From: a virus
Lineage: Duplodnaviria > Caudoviricetes
Direction: 5' to 3' (one strand)
DNA: 64,000 bases
Virus record (IMG/VR): IMGVR_UViG_651703002_000001
Span: 96,001 to 160,000 of that record
Positions within the stretch are counted from its first letter, which is position 1, and every line of letters starts with the position of its first letter. The notes under the pieces are model-generated. The model saw only the letters and a program-made list of their open reading frames with translations. It made no database searches and had not been told where the DNA came from. Positions 1-9,805 of this stretch are shown here, in pieces. The translations under genes and the position numbers were made by a program.

Positions 1-1
1 A

Positions 2-1250
2 TCACTGATCATTCTTTCTCTCCTTACCACGAATATCAGAATCTGAAATCAGTTCTGCGCTTATGAAATATGTTTCGCGTGTTAATGTGTGTGTCAACGA
101 ATTTACTAACCAATGACCGGCGTCTTTTGATGTTAGTTCCCCGTTGGTATCACCAGCTATTATATTTACCGATGGTTCCACAAGACAGATCTGTATTACC
201 GGGAATCTGTATCAGCATACGTTTTGCGTTGAGAGAAGCCCTATTTGTAGTTCTAATTCCAACAGAGTTACCATTAGACCCAATGTTTATATATTTATAC
301 ATTTGATCTTCGTTGGAAAGAATAACACATGTATTCCGTTCTGGGGTTATTTCACCACCAAACCAAGGCTCTGGGTTTAATTTAGCGATATATCTGCTTA
401 ACCCATAATAATCTTGGTAACTACTTCTATATGATTTATTTGTTATGCTCATTGTATGAACATCCACACCTAAACCACCAGATCTATATTGTTCTGCAAG
501 ATTATATCCCTTCACCCTCTGTAGTTTTATTATTTTATTGTACATTGATATATCATGGGTTGCTTCAAATGTAAGATCCACTTTAGGTTCTTCTATCATT
601 AAAGTGGTTCCACTCTTAAAGTTCACTCCATTTATATCTTCGTAAAAATAAAAATTACTATCCCCTTTAGCATTCGGTTCAGAAGATTGTGAATTCTGAG
701 CTAAATGATTTATAACAGATAATGGAGTTAGGTTAGGTATTACTATATCCCGATTATATAAAGTTTTTTCTATAAAAATATAATCATCTTTAAATCCTAT
801 TAAATTAAGCATATCCTTAATTATAGAATGAATTGAAGTATTCAAATAACTTTTACTAACTTTACGATATTCGTTATTCATTTCCTCTTCAGACTGAAAA
901 TACATTCTAACATATTTCTTTATCTGTGTATTTGGAGAGGTTATATCTTCATATCTCAATATTTTAAACATCTTAGAATATGTTTTTGCTTCTTCACCAT
1001 TTAGATGTACTGACCGAAAACTTATTTGTATCTTTTCATCACCACGGGGGTTTATTGTGTTTATAAGGTTCATGGAATCTACAAAATCCATTGAACCTTT
1101 CAACAACCCTTGGGTGATTCCTTCGGTAATACTAACCGACTTAAATATTTCCGATATATCCAAGCCGGTAGGATCATTACCCTGAACAAAAGCAATTCGG
1201 TCGATAGTAAAGTTTTCATAAGCAACTGAACTACGGCGACTAATTCCCAC
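2..1250 (-). CDS. 27: Baseplate hub protein gp27-like; apparent 1-nt frameshift near 168-171
   Basis: ORF 150..1250 has hub motifs (SITEGI, IVIPNLTPL, FYFYEDING, IPGNTDL). Removing one G near 170 extends it as IVNIIAGDTNGELTSKDAGHWLVNSLTHTLTRETYFISAEL... to TGA at 2-4, overlapping an ATG at 12 that has an AAGGAG RBS (next gene, probably gene 5). Confidence 0.75.
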
Positions 1251-1803
1251 GGATTTTCTCCATCATTCTGGTATATTCATCCATAAAGCGACCAAGATCG
1301 TTTGGATTCAATACGTTAATAGTTCGTCTGGATTCATTCACAGACAATTCATGTTCGATTGCAGTTACCGGAACGAGCGTTCCTACATGTTGGGGATATA
1401 AATGCATAGTATCCCCTATATCATACCAGACTTCTGATTGAATTGGATATTCAGTTAATCTGAAATACATTTCACCTTCATCATCCACATGATAAAGAAC
1501 GGTCCCTTCCTTAGCCTCAAGATTTGCATATTTTCTTAATGTATATTGATGAACTACTTCTTCAGGACATATCCAATCGTAAAAAGGATCGTATATATCA
1601 TTTAACATTAACAGTATCCAATAATATTTGGTGTCCCCATATATATCATAAGATACCTGTTCCGGACGAGGGGAACCAGAAAGAATATATTTTCTAACAA
1701 CGAATCTACTAATTATATCAGCAAAATAATCGCCATGCGGTTTGAATATATTTGCGGTAGGAGCGCCATTATAATTTATTGGTGGAAAGAAATTAAAAAG
1801 CAT
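1240..1803 (-). CDS. 53: Baseplate wedge protein gp53
   Basis: RPEQVSYDIYGDTKYYWILLMLNDIYDPFYDW is the typical gp53 LysM-like motif; baseplate context. Confidence 0.9.
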   Translation of the reverse strand: MLFNFFPPINYNGAPTANIFKPHGDYFADIISRFVVRKYILSGSPRPEQVSYDIYGDTKYYWILLMLNDIYDPFYDWICPEEVVHQYTLRKYANLEAKEGTVLYHVDDEGEMYFRLTEYPIQSEVWYDIGDTMHLYPQHVGTLVPVTAIEHELSVNESRRTINVLNPNDLGRFMDEYTRMMEKIRGN

Positions 1804-2879
1804 TATTTATCACCTTTAGTTGAACCATAAGAACCAAAGAAGAATTCCCCAGTATCAGGAGTACCAAGCCCTTTAGTAAGTTGTTCCCAGTAGTCACGAT
1901 AAACTGGACGCAATTCGGAGACGGTAATCTCAAAGTCGATTGCTATTGAATCCGCAGCGGTAGACGCAAACGTATCATATAATTGATCAGGTGTTTTGTT
2001 TATCCGAATGTTGGTTATACCGGCTGGACCCATAGCAAATTTAGGAGTAAACCTAATCTTATTGGTCCCTTCTTGGTTTACACGTTCTTCAATGAACCAT
2101 AGAGGGGGAACAGCAAGCGATGTATAGCCAGCACCAGCACCCAATTGTGAGTCTGTAGGAATACCAAGATCCTTCATACTAACAGCCCCACGGTTTTCAG
2201 CGGAACTATATATCATGAAAGTTTTGATGATCTGTCCTACTTCTTTAAGTTCTGCCATAGATCTAGGTCTAAACTGAAACATAAAGTTTTGTTGTCTAAC
2301 ACCAGTACCTTTATACATCTGTGCGGAACGGTCACCAAGTATATTTCCGGTTACTTGTGAGTTAAATCTTTGAGTTAATCCACCGGCTTCTACGATTAAT
2401 TTTTGTACTGCTGTTGTTGCGGTCGCAGATAGCGCATTTTTAGCAACGTCCATAAGGTCATCATTTGATTTTCCAGAAGATGCATAGTTCATTAGCAAAT
2501 CTTGCATAAAACCACCATCATTAGAATCGTATGTATGACTTATATTTTCATTCATGTTGGGCATATATAACTGAATTACTGCCAACGTTTCTTCATTGAA
2601 AGAACCTTTTACCGAATTCATAGACCGTTCATTTATATTATTATTGCTCAATCCACCGGTTGTTGGCTTTACTGCATAGAATACAAGATACGATGCATGT
2701 TTATTATCAGAACCTTTCATAGTTAGTGGATATTGCAATGCGGCTATTCCTTTTTGCTTCATATCAACGTTTTCTAAAATTAGCTCTGCTCCCTCGGCTT
2801 TAACACCACCATTACCGTATAAGGGTTTTGATTTTTTTGTGGTATTAGCTTTACTTACTATATTAACCTTCATTGTCAT
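1803..2879 (-). CDS. 48: Baseplate tail-tube cap gp48
   Basis: QYP, IQLYMP, MYKG..RQQNFMFQFRPRS..E, PPLWFIE motifs; 358 aa; adjacent to gene 53. Confidence 0.85.
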   Translation of the reverse strand: MTMKVNIVSKANTTKKSKPLYGNGGVKAEGAELILENVDMKQKGIAALQYPLTMKGSDNKHASYLVFYAVKPTTGGLSNNNINERSMNSVKGSFNEETLAVIQLYMPNMNENISHTYDSNDGGFMQDLLMNYASSGKSNDDLMDVAKNALSATATTAVQKLIVEAGGLTQRFNSQVTGNILGDRSAQMYKGTGVRQQNFMFQFRPRSMAELKEVGQIIKTFMIYSSAENRGAVSMKDLGIPTDSQLGAGAGYTSLAVPPLWFIEERVNQEGTNKIRFTPKFAMGPAGITNIRINKTPDQLYDTFASTAADSIAIDFEITVSELRPVYRDYWEQLTKGLGTPDTGEFFFGSYGSTKGDK

Positions 2880-2899
2880 ATACCTCTGTCATTTATATT

Positions 2900-2922
2900 T
2901 ATTTAGGGCTGGTCCCTAAATA
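2900..2922. promoter_or_regulatory. Back-to-back late promoters (CTAAATA) for gene 48 (-) and gene 4 (+)
   Basis: TATTTAG at 2900-2906 and CTAAATA at 2916-2922; the same heptamer precedes other structural genes and is a variant of the T4 late consensus TATAAATA. Confidence 0.75.
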
Positions 2923-2946
2923 TAAGTAAACAACGGAGGAATTATA

Positions 2947-3417
2947 ATGGCTGGTCATAAAGCCCATAAGGGGCAGTATTTTGTGAAGAACCCAGAAAAA
3001 TATAAAGGGGACCATAGAAAAGTAACCTATAGGAGTTCTTGGGAAAAATACATTATGGAACTTCTAGATAACCATCCCGATGTTAAATATTGGAACAGTG
3101 AAGAATTGGTAATTCCATATTTTTCAAATGCAGATGGAAAGAAAAGACGGTACTTTATGGACATGTATATACAATGGATTGATGGTAGCGTATCGCTTTG
3201 GGAGGTAAAGCCCACACACGAATGTTATCCCCCAGTACCACCAAAAAGAAATACATTGAAAGCTAAAAATGCATACATACATGCTCAATATACTTGGGCA
3301 GTAAATAATGATAAGTGGAAAACCACAGTCGCATTATGTGAAAAGAAGGGATGGAAATTCAATATAATAACTGAAATCGCTCTAAAGAAAATGGGCTTTA
3401 AAGGATTGAAGAAATGA
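2947..3417 (+). CDS. 4: Head completion nuclease gp4
   Basis: KNPEKYKGD..VTYRSSWE, WNSEELVIPY, RRYFMD, EVKP: T4 gp4 / TnsA-like PD-(D/E)xK signature. Confidence 0.93.
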   Translation: MAGHKAHKGQYFVKNPEKYKGDHRKVTYRSSWEKYIMELLDNHPDVKYWNSEELVIPYFSNADGKKRRYFMDMYIQWIDGSVSLWEVKPTHECYPPVPPKRNTLKAKNAYIHAQYTWAVNNDKWKTTVALCEKKGWKFNIITEIALKKMGFKGLKK

Positions 3418-4073
3418 ACTATCATAAAATATACGATGACCTAATAAATAGGTCATTTAATAGAATCATTCCAAAAGAACAATATAAAGAGAAACATCAT
3501 ATTGTACCAAAATGTATGGGAGGTTCTGACGATAAAAGTAATATAGCAATATTAACACCAGAAGAACATTATCTCGCTCATCAATTGTTAGTTAAGATAT
3601 ACCCAAATGAGGGTAAAATAATTTATGCAGCGAGATGTATGGCAGTTTTATGTAATGACGAACGAAGATCAAATAATAAATTATTTGGTTGGTTGAGAGA
3701 AAAATATTCTAAAGAAACATCAAATAGAATGAAACATCGTAAAATATCTAAAGAAACTTTAGATAAAATGCGTTTGGCTCAACGTAAAAGAGATGTTAAT
3801 GGTGATAAAAATCATTTTTACGGGAAAATACATACACCAGAAGTAAAGGAAAAGATCCGACAATCCAGATTAGGTAAGTCAGGACATATAAACCAAATAA
3901 ATGCAGCAAAAGAATATATGTCTGGTATAGTACATACAGAAAAATGTAGAAAATTGATATCAGAGAAGTTAAAGAGTAACCCAAAGGTTACATGTCCTCA
4001 TTGTGGGAAAGTTGGTGCAAAATCTCCCATGGTTAGACACCATTTTGATAATTGTAAAATGAGGAAATTATAA
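3414..4073 (+). mobile_element. Free-standing HNH homing endonuclease (Mob family) with NUMOD3-like repeats
   Basis: EKHHIVPKCMGGSDDKSNIAILTPEEHYLAHQLL HNH domain; NHFYGKIHTPEVKEKIR and HTEKCRKLIS NUMOD3-like motifs; C-terminal CPHC..HHFDNC. Confidence 0.88.
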
Positions 4074-5068
4074 TGATTTTTGAACTTAATGAAAGAGAAG
4101 AAACCCCCGCAGAGAAACGAAGAAAGCGAGATTGGATCGGTATAGGATCCGATTATATGGCTACTCGAAAGAAATCTGGAATTACTGCTAAAAAGTATGC
4201 AGAAGAAAAAGGATTGAATTACGAAACGTTTAGTCGTGCGATGAGACGACACAGAGAGGATATAAAGAAATATTACTCCCTAACTAATCCTAATAAGACA
4301 AAAGAACAATGGATTGAACTTGGTGTTGATTATCTTACCAAGAAAGAAAAATCTAATATTACTCAGAAAGAGTATATAGAACGAAGTGAACTCAATAAAG
4401 AAACCGCAGAAAGGGCGTTTAGAAGATTCAAGGATGATATTATCATCGCTAAGAGAGTAAAGGATGCCAAATACTCAAATAAGAAACTAACTAGTGGTGA
4501 AAAATATCAAGTTCTGTTACAGGATTTTCGGGGTAAGGTGAGGCAATTTGAGAAAGAACCTCAAAAATCTGAACGGAAATCCATTGAATGGTTTAGTGGG
4601 TTTATAAAGAAAAACGTTAGAGGTCATAAGGTAACTAGACCGGTAGCGGGCAGACTATATACATTCGCATATGATGCAAAACATAAAGCAACCTTGCCAT
4701 ATTGGGATAAATTTCCATTGATTGTATATTTGGGAGAAAGTCGCAAGCATAAAGGTATGCTCATGGGTCTGAACTTGCATTATATACCAGTGAAAGCCCG
4801 TAAAGAATTTATGGAAGAACTTCTTAAATATGCAACAACAGACCGAATTACTAACAGAACGTCCCTAAATATAAATTGGGGAAAGGTTCGAGGAATGAAA
4901 GGTGCAGATCATATGATAAAAGCATATTTGCCTAATCATGTGAGAGGACCGTTTATGGAAGTTAAACCGCAGGATTGGAGTTCTGTTATTAATCTTCCGA
5001 CACAACGGTTTGTTACTGGACCAGAATCTAAGACCTTCAATACTAATAAAGTTTGGAGTTCATACTAA
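4073..5068 (+). CDS. 2: DNA end protector protein gp2
   Basis: GRLYTFAYDAKHKATLPYWDKFPLIVYLG...GLNLHYIP...IKAYL is the gp2 core. Confidence 0.93.
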   Translation: MIFELNEREETPAEKRRKRDWIGIGSDYMATRKKSGITAKKYAEEKGLNYETFSRAMRRHREDIKKYYSLTNPNKTKEQWIELGVDYLTKKEKSNITQKEYIERSELNKETAERAFRRFKDDIIIAKRVKDAKYSNKKLTSGEKYQVLLQDFRGKVRQFEKEPQKSERKSIEWFSGFIKKNVRGHKVTRPVAGRLYTFAYDAKHKATLPYWDKFPLIVYLGESRKHKGMLMGLNLHYIPVKARKEFMEELLKYATTDRITNRTSLNINWGKVRGMKGADHMIKAYLPNHVRGPFMEVKPQDWSSVINLPTQRFVTGPESKTFNTNKVWSSY

Positions 5069-6015
5069 TGTCACTTATACCACCGATTCCGTCAATTGAT
5101 AGCATGATAAATAGTGTTATCGGTTTTGGCGAAGATACTTTTAATAGTCTACTTGATGATGGGGATTCTAACGAAATCCCCGATTTAACTAGGTTTATGA
5201 GAAAAGTAGAAAATTCAGATCTTGCTAGAGCTAACATGTTTATTGTTAGATTTGGGGATTTTAGTTCCACATTATATAGTGATGGTGTGTTTGACATGGA
5301 TTTACCTATATTTCCAGATACAAACAGTCCGGATGTTAATGGGGGATTATTCTCAGGGAGTTCATATTCTTGGCATAGAATTCAAGATATGGCACTTGGT
5401 GAAGCCCATAAAGTTCTTACCCCTAGCATGAAAAAGATATTTGGTGCTTGGGATCCTTCACTGATACGGATTATACCGGGTGCGGGAGATATACTGGATG
5501 GATTTTTAGGAACCGATTACGATGTGAATAAAGATTTAGCTCTGATGGTTAAAAGTGTTGGGTTGCCTAGTTCTACCCTTGAGACTACAATTAACCGTAT
5601 TGATAAATTACCTAGACACGAAGTAAAGGGTCGGAACTATGGAACTATGACCATGACGTTTTATTGTTCCCCCGGTTATGAGGAACGGTCGTTAATGCTT
5701 ACATGGCAAAATACAATCGTAAACCCGAATAACGGGAGATTTGGTTTTTACCAACAATACGCAAAACCTATAGACGTAATTACTCTTGATCGTCATGGGG
5801 TCAAAAGGTCTACAGTTCACAACACCGGATGTTTTCCTATTGAAGTTGGTGAGGTTCAACTTGATTTTGAGAACAATTCTCAAGTAGCAACATTCACAGT
5901 AACGTTTGCAGTTGCAACAACCGTTCATGTACCTACACAAGGTAAGGAAACTGGTATTGATTCGATTGAATCTATTATAAGAAGAACCACCGGAGTTTTA
6001 AAAGCTATTCGGTAA
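5068..6015 (+). CDS. 54: Baseplate tail-tube initiator gp54
   Basis: DLARANMFIV N-terminal motif plus tube-like domain (SVGLPS, MTMTFY, GCFPIEVGEVQLDFENNSQVATFTVTF); ATG 5068 overlaps the gp2 stop. Confidence 0.85.
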   Translation: MSLIPPIPSIDSMINSVIGFGEDTFNSLLDDGDSNEIPDLTRFMRKVENSDLARANMFIVRFGDFSSTLYSDGVFDMDLPIFPDTNSPDVNGGLFSGSSYSWHRIQDMALGEAHKVLTPSMKKIFGAWDPSLIRIIPGAGDILDGFLGTDYDVNKDLALMVKSVGLPSSTLETTINRIDKLPRHEVKGRNYGTMTMTFYCSPGYEERSLMLTWQNTIVNPNNGRFGFYQQYAKPIDVITLDRHGVKRSTVHNTGCFPIEVGEVQLDFENNSQVATFTVTFAVATTVHVPTQGKETGIDSIESIIRRTTGVLKAIR

Positions 6016-6019
6016 AAAT

Positions 6020-6049
6020 AAAGCCTGTTTCTAACGAAGCAGGCTTTTT
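6020..6049 (+). terminator. Rho-independent terminator after gene 54
   Basis: AAAGCCTGTTTC-taac-GAAGCAGGCTTT followed by a T run. Confidence 0.8.
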
Positions 6050-6150
6050 GCTATCTGAATGGGCTTGTAAGCTCACTCAAGACGATTCAACCAACAATCG
6101 TTATGGTTACCCTCTAGAGTTACAAAGGCTCTCATATAAGGTCCTAGAGG

Positions 6151-6353
6151 TTAGTTTCAATTGAAATCAAATTATAAAGTTTCTATTAATATATTATAGG
6201 ACTTTATAATTAGAAATTCTTAAATGAAAATCAATATCATTTGTAAAACCGATATCGGGCTTTGCCCGCGCCAAAGGCGATTCCATCATTCTAACTGTAA
6301 AGTTTCTATTAATATATTATAGAACTTTATAATTTGATTTCAATTGATACTAA
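6151..6353. repeat. Two ~65-bp palindromic elements forming a ~200-bp inverted-repeat locus; third copy at 40543-40607
   Basis: Core ATAAAGTTTCTATTAATATATTATAG(G/A)ACTTTATAAT at ~6174-6210 and ~6298-6333; outer arms TTAGTTTCAATTGAAATCAAATTATAAAGT (6151-6180) and ACTTTATAATTTGATTTCAATTGATACTAA (6324-6353) are inverted. Confidence 0.9.
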
Positions 6354-6426
6354 AAAGTCATAGAGTTACTGGGGTATGGTACAATGCCTAGATACATTTA
6401 GACTATTTTAAACAAGAATTTATAAA

Positions 6427-7205
6427 ATGCCACTAAGATTGATAAAAGTGCTCTGCTCGCTGCCATTCAAAAAACAGTACAACAGACTAAATTAACTTTG
6501 TCTGATGGTAGAGAGATTATGATTAGAGCTTTCGTAATGAAAGAAATGAAACTTCTAATGTTAGCAAATGAAGCGGGTGTAGGTATTGAAGAAGCTATTA
6601 TTCAAATAGTTAAAAACTGTGTATTAACTAAAGGTATTGATGTTGAAACACTACCAAGATTCGATCTTGAATCTATATATCTAGCACTATATAAGCTTTC
6701 TAAAGCATCCCCAATAATTCCTGCTATGTTTACATGTGCGAATGAGATTCTGGATGAAGAGGGTAATGTTACCTATGACCAGTATGGAGAAGTCGCGAAG
6801 TGCGGTAATGAGATTAAAGTTAATATCAATTTGAATAGCTCTAGATTAACAGAAGCTCCTGATCGTAGTATAGTTCTTAGTGATGATATAACTATACTAA
6901 TGCGATATCCTAACATTAGCGAAATGGAATATTTTAATGTACAGAAAGAATCTGACTTGTTCAATTTAATCGTTCGCTGTATTGATGAAGTTCATATGGG
7001 GAATAGTATCGTTAGAGCTGGTGTAGACCTTCCATACGAAGATATGGGGGAGATTATGGAATATGTCGATGATAAGGCAATTATTAAACTGAGTAGTTTT
7101 GTTACCGGTATTCTTCTACATATATCAAATATACAAGTACGCTGTAAAAAATGTGGACACGAAGAGATCGTAACTCTTACGGGGGTAGCTAGTTTTTTCG
7201 CTTAA
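6427..7205 (+). CDS. 26: Baseplate hub assembly protein gp26-like; true start probably ATG 6427 with one base missing
   Basis: IRAFVMKEMKLLMLA, LPRFDLESIYL, MRYP, CKKCG and C-terminal GVASFF motifs. The frame is open from 6426 (TKIDKSALLAAIQKTVQQTKLTLSDG) but the ATG at 6427 is 1 nt out of frame. Confidence 0.8.
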
Positions 7206-7372
7206 CCCTCGTTAATAATACAATATTTGACCACTTTAATACAGTTTATAAGTTACGAAAAGATGGATGGAGTCATTCCGATCTTGAAGAAATGACTCCA
7301 TTCGAATTCGGTATATATGTTCATCTATATTTGAATGAACTAAAAGAAGCGGCGAACGAGGGTAATAAATGA
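7193..7372 (+). CDS. 51: gp51-like small domain in the -1 frame of gene 26, no upstream start codon (absent from ORF track)
   Basis: -1 frame opens right after TAG 7190-7192 and reads FFRLTLVNNTIFDHFNTVYKLRKDGWSHSDLEEMTPFEFGIYVHLYLNELKEAANEGNK*; WSxSDLExMxPxExxIYV resembles the small gp51-like hub catalyst family; the stop overlaps the gene 29 ATG. Confidence 0.7.
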   Translation, partial: FFRLTLVNNTIFDHFNTVYKLRKDGWSHSDLEEMTPFEFGIYVHLYLNELKEAANEGNK

Positions 7373-9177
7373 TTAACGATAAGCAATCAAGGGAACTAAC
7401 CGCATCTGTAAATGATGTGGTAGAATCCATGAATATCGTTACGGATTCTATGCTGACCCTAGATGATAAATCTGGGGTTCTAGCCAAAACCACAACGGAT
7501 TTAACCGCAGCCTATGATATTAATTCTGATTCTTCTATACAAGTTGCACAAGAGCAAGAAAAGCTTGCAACTCAATTAAAAAAGAGTAGAAAGAATATAA
7601 AGGCCCGAGATAAATCTGAGGATGGATTTGCCGAGGAAAGACGTAGGTATCTTAGTGATATTCTAAATAGACAACAGCCTTTAGTAGATCATACTTCTCC
7701 TGAATCTCCAAATACGGTTCCTGAAGATACAAGGGAAACGCTAGAAGAATTTATTAAAAGGGAGATTGGAACTAAAGATGAATTCATAGAAGAATTCAAA
7801 AAGGAAAATGGAAAGACTGGAAAATTTATTCGAGACGTTGCTTCAAAGGCAAATATTGTTGGTCGAATGAAAAATTCAGAGACTTCCGCGACTGCTAAAA
7901 TTCTTGGTCATACGATGAGTGCCGGTGTCGGTATGATCACAGGAACCATTAATGATATATTGTCAACTATTCCCGGTTTTCAACAGGTGTCTAATGCTTC
8001 TAAGTTTGTAGGTGGGGCAGTTCTTGACGCACATAACGCACGTAAGGAAAAGAATCTAGATGAAAGGGCATCAAAGGCTTATTCAGAGAAGAAGGCTGAC
8101 GCAGTTTCTAAATTCAAACAAATCCCAACAAACTCAGGATCCCCCGAAGAAAAAGTAAAAGAAGAACGGGAAAACGCTAATAAGAAAAAGGATAGAGACG
8201 AGAATAAACAAGAACGTGATAAAAGTGAAAAACGTTTTGGTGGATTGATGAAATGGCTTAAAGCGTTTCAAATGTCTATGATATTCAGTAAGCTATTAGG
8301 TTTCCTTCTTCCTATTGGTGGAATACTAATGAGTCTTGCCGGTTCTATTCCTGCTTTAATGGCTACTCTTGGTGGATTGGCTGGTGCGATTGGGCTTGCT
8401 ATATCGGGTGCTATGACTAAGTTTTTGGATTTGGCAAAAGGTTTATTTGGTATAAAGAAACCAACAGGAACTCCAAAAACTTCCAGTCCAGATCCTAAAA
8501 AAACAACCAAAACTCCTACATCAACTTCTCCTGATGTGAATGGTAAAAAACAACCTACTCCATCAACAACGCAACCGAAACCTAGTGGTCCTGCTGATAA
8601 GATACCAAAAGATGCAGGTAAAACTTTGGGTAAAGAAGCGGCTAAAGATGTTGCCGGTAAAAAGTTAGGGAGAAAAGGTGCAGAGATTGCAGGTGAAAGT
8701 GTATTTAAGCGGGTTGCTTCTAGTGGTGCTATAAAGGTTGCTGCTAAAGTCGGTCTTAGAATGATTCCATTTGTAGGAACTGCTTTAACCCTGTATGAGA
8801 TCGGTAGTTATTTGGCAGAAAACCCCGATGTAGTTGATAAAGGGAAAGCTATGCTGAGTGAAGGGGCTTCAGCCGTTGGAAACTTCTTTGGTTTCGGTGA
8901 AGCTCAAGCTTCCGAATCTAAAATAGAGCCGGTGATCCGATCTGGTGAAGATAAAGCACAATCGCAGAGAATCGAAGAGAGTAATAAGAAGGTTGAAGAA
9001 TATAGGAAAAAAGTAAATGCGGAAAAAGAAGAAATGGCTTCCCGTAGAATGGGGGCTGAGTATGCGGCTTTGCATAATACTACCTATAACGCTATGAGTT
9101 CCGTTCTTCCTTCTGGATTTGGTCCTTATAATGCAGAACAACCTATTGGTTCATATGGAGTACAACCGTTATCATGA
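7369..9177 (+). CDS. 29: Baseplate hub / tape measure protein gp29
   Basis: 602 aa, helical low-complexity sequence with a Gly/Ala-rich hydrophobic segment and RMIPFVGTALTLYE motif; follows 26/51. Confidence 0.75.
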   Translation: MINDKQSRELTASVNDVVESMNIVTDSMLTLDDKSGVLAKTTTDLTAAYDINSDSSIQVAQEQEKLATQLKKSRKNIKARDKSEDGFAEERRRYLSDILNRQQPLVDHTSPESPNTVPEDTRETLEEFIKREIGTKDEFIEEFKKENGKTGKFIRDVASKANIVGRMKNSETSATAKILGHTMSAGVGMITGTINDILSTIPGFQQVSNASKFVGGAVLDAHNARKEKNLDERASKAYSEKKADAVSKFKQIPTNSGSPEEKVKEERENANKKKDRDENKQERDKSEKRFGGLMKWLKAFQMSMIFSKLLGFLLPIGGILMSLAGSIPALMATLGGLAGAIGLAISGAMTKFLDLAKGLFGIKKPTGTPKTSSPDPKKTTKTPTSTSPDVNGKKQPTPSTTQPKPSGPADKIPKDAGKTLGKEAAKDVAGKKLGRKGAEIAGESVFKRVASSGAIKVAAKVGLRMIPFVGTALTLYEIGSYLAENPDVVDKGKAMLSEGASAVGNFFGFGEAQASESKIEPVIRSGEDKAQSQRIEESNKKVEEYRKKVNAEKEEMASRRMGAEYAALHNTTYNAMSSVLPSGFGPYNAEQPIGSYGVQPLS

Positions 9178-9743
9178 TAACCAATCAGTCACACATTACA
9201 AATATGCGTCTGGAAATACCAGACGCAAATGCAACAATTCATTTTGTTAGTGCTGCTCAATCCGTGACCCTTCCATCAATTGAAATGGAATTGTCTCGGG
9301 TTAGTACAAATCAAATGAGTATGGGTATGCTTCCCGGTTCTAAGATAAACTATGAACCTGTGAGAATTCGATTTTTACTTGATGAAGAATTTGAAGCATA
9401 TAAAGAAATATACCAATGGATTATATCAACAACTGATAGTCGGTCATTTAATTCAACCGCACATCTACCGGGTATGCGACCATTATCTATGTCGGTTCAT
9501 ATTTTGGATAACCATAAACGAAAAATTTTAATGACCTTGAAATTGAATAACCCATTTCCATTTTCTATAGACGAAATTGAGATGGGTTATACTGAAGAAG
9601 GAAACCAAGCTTTGTTTGGTATGGTCTCGTTTGGATATTCATCGTTTTCGTTGTTATCCGGCGATGGAGATCGCGGTGTGGAAATCTTACCTAAACAAGA
9701 CTCAGTAGGGACTCCGAACTTTCATCCATTTTCTGGAAAATAG
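9174..9743 (+). CDS. 3: Tail completion / sheath stabilizer gp3
   Basis: QSVTLPSI, LPGSKINYEPVRIRFLLDEEFEAYKEIYQW, HILDN motifs. Confidence 0.9.
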   Translation: MITNQSHITNMRLEIPDANATIHFVSAAQSVTLPSIEMELSRVSTNQMSMGMLPGSKINYEPVRIRFLLDEEFEAYKEIYQWIISTTDSRSFNSTAHLPGMRPLSMSVHILDNHKRKILMTLKLNNPFPFSIDEIEMGYTEEGNQALFGMVSFGYSSFSLLSGDGDRGVEILPKQDSVGTPNFHPFSGK

Positions 9744-9805
9744 AGTTTGTTCATAACCTCCCTTAACGTGTGTTATAATCAATACATATCAAGGGAGATT
9801 ATGTT

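Noticed and set aside
150-175. Frameshift truncating gene 27 as a pseudogene or recoding site
   Set aside because: Essential gene, no slippery heptamer, and the same extra-G-in-CGGT pattern recurs at ~11591; most likely a sequencing error.
6423-6432. Out-of-frame ATG before gene 26
   Set aside because: One missing base (ATGGCC) restores a normal start; treated as a sequencing error.
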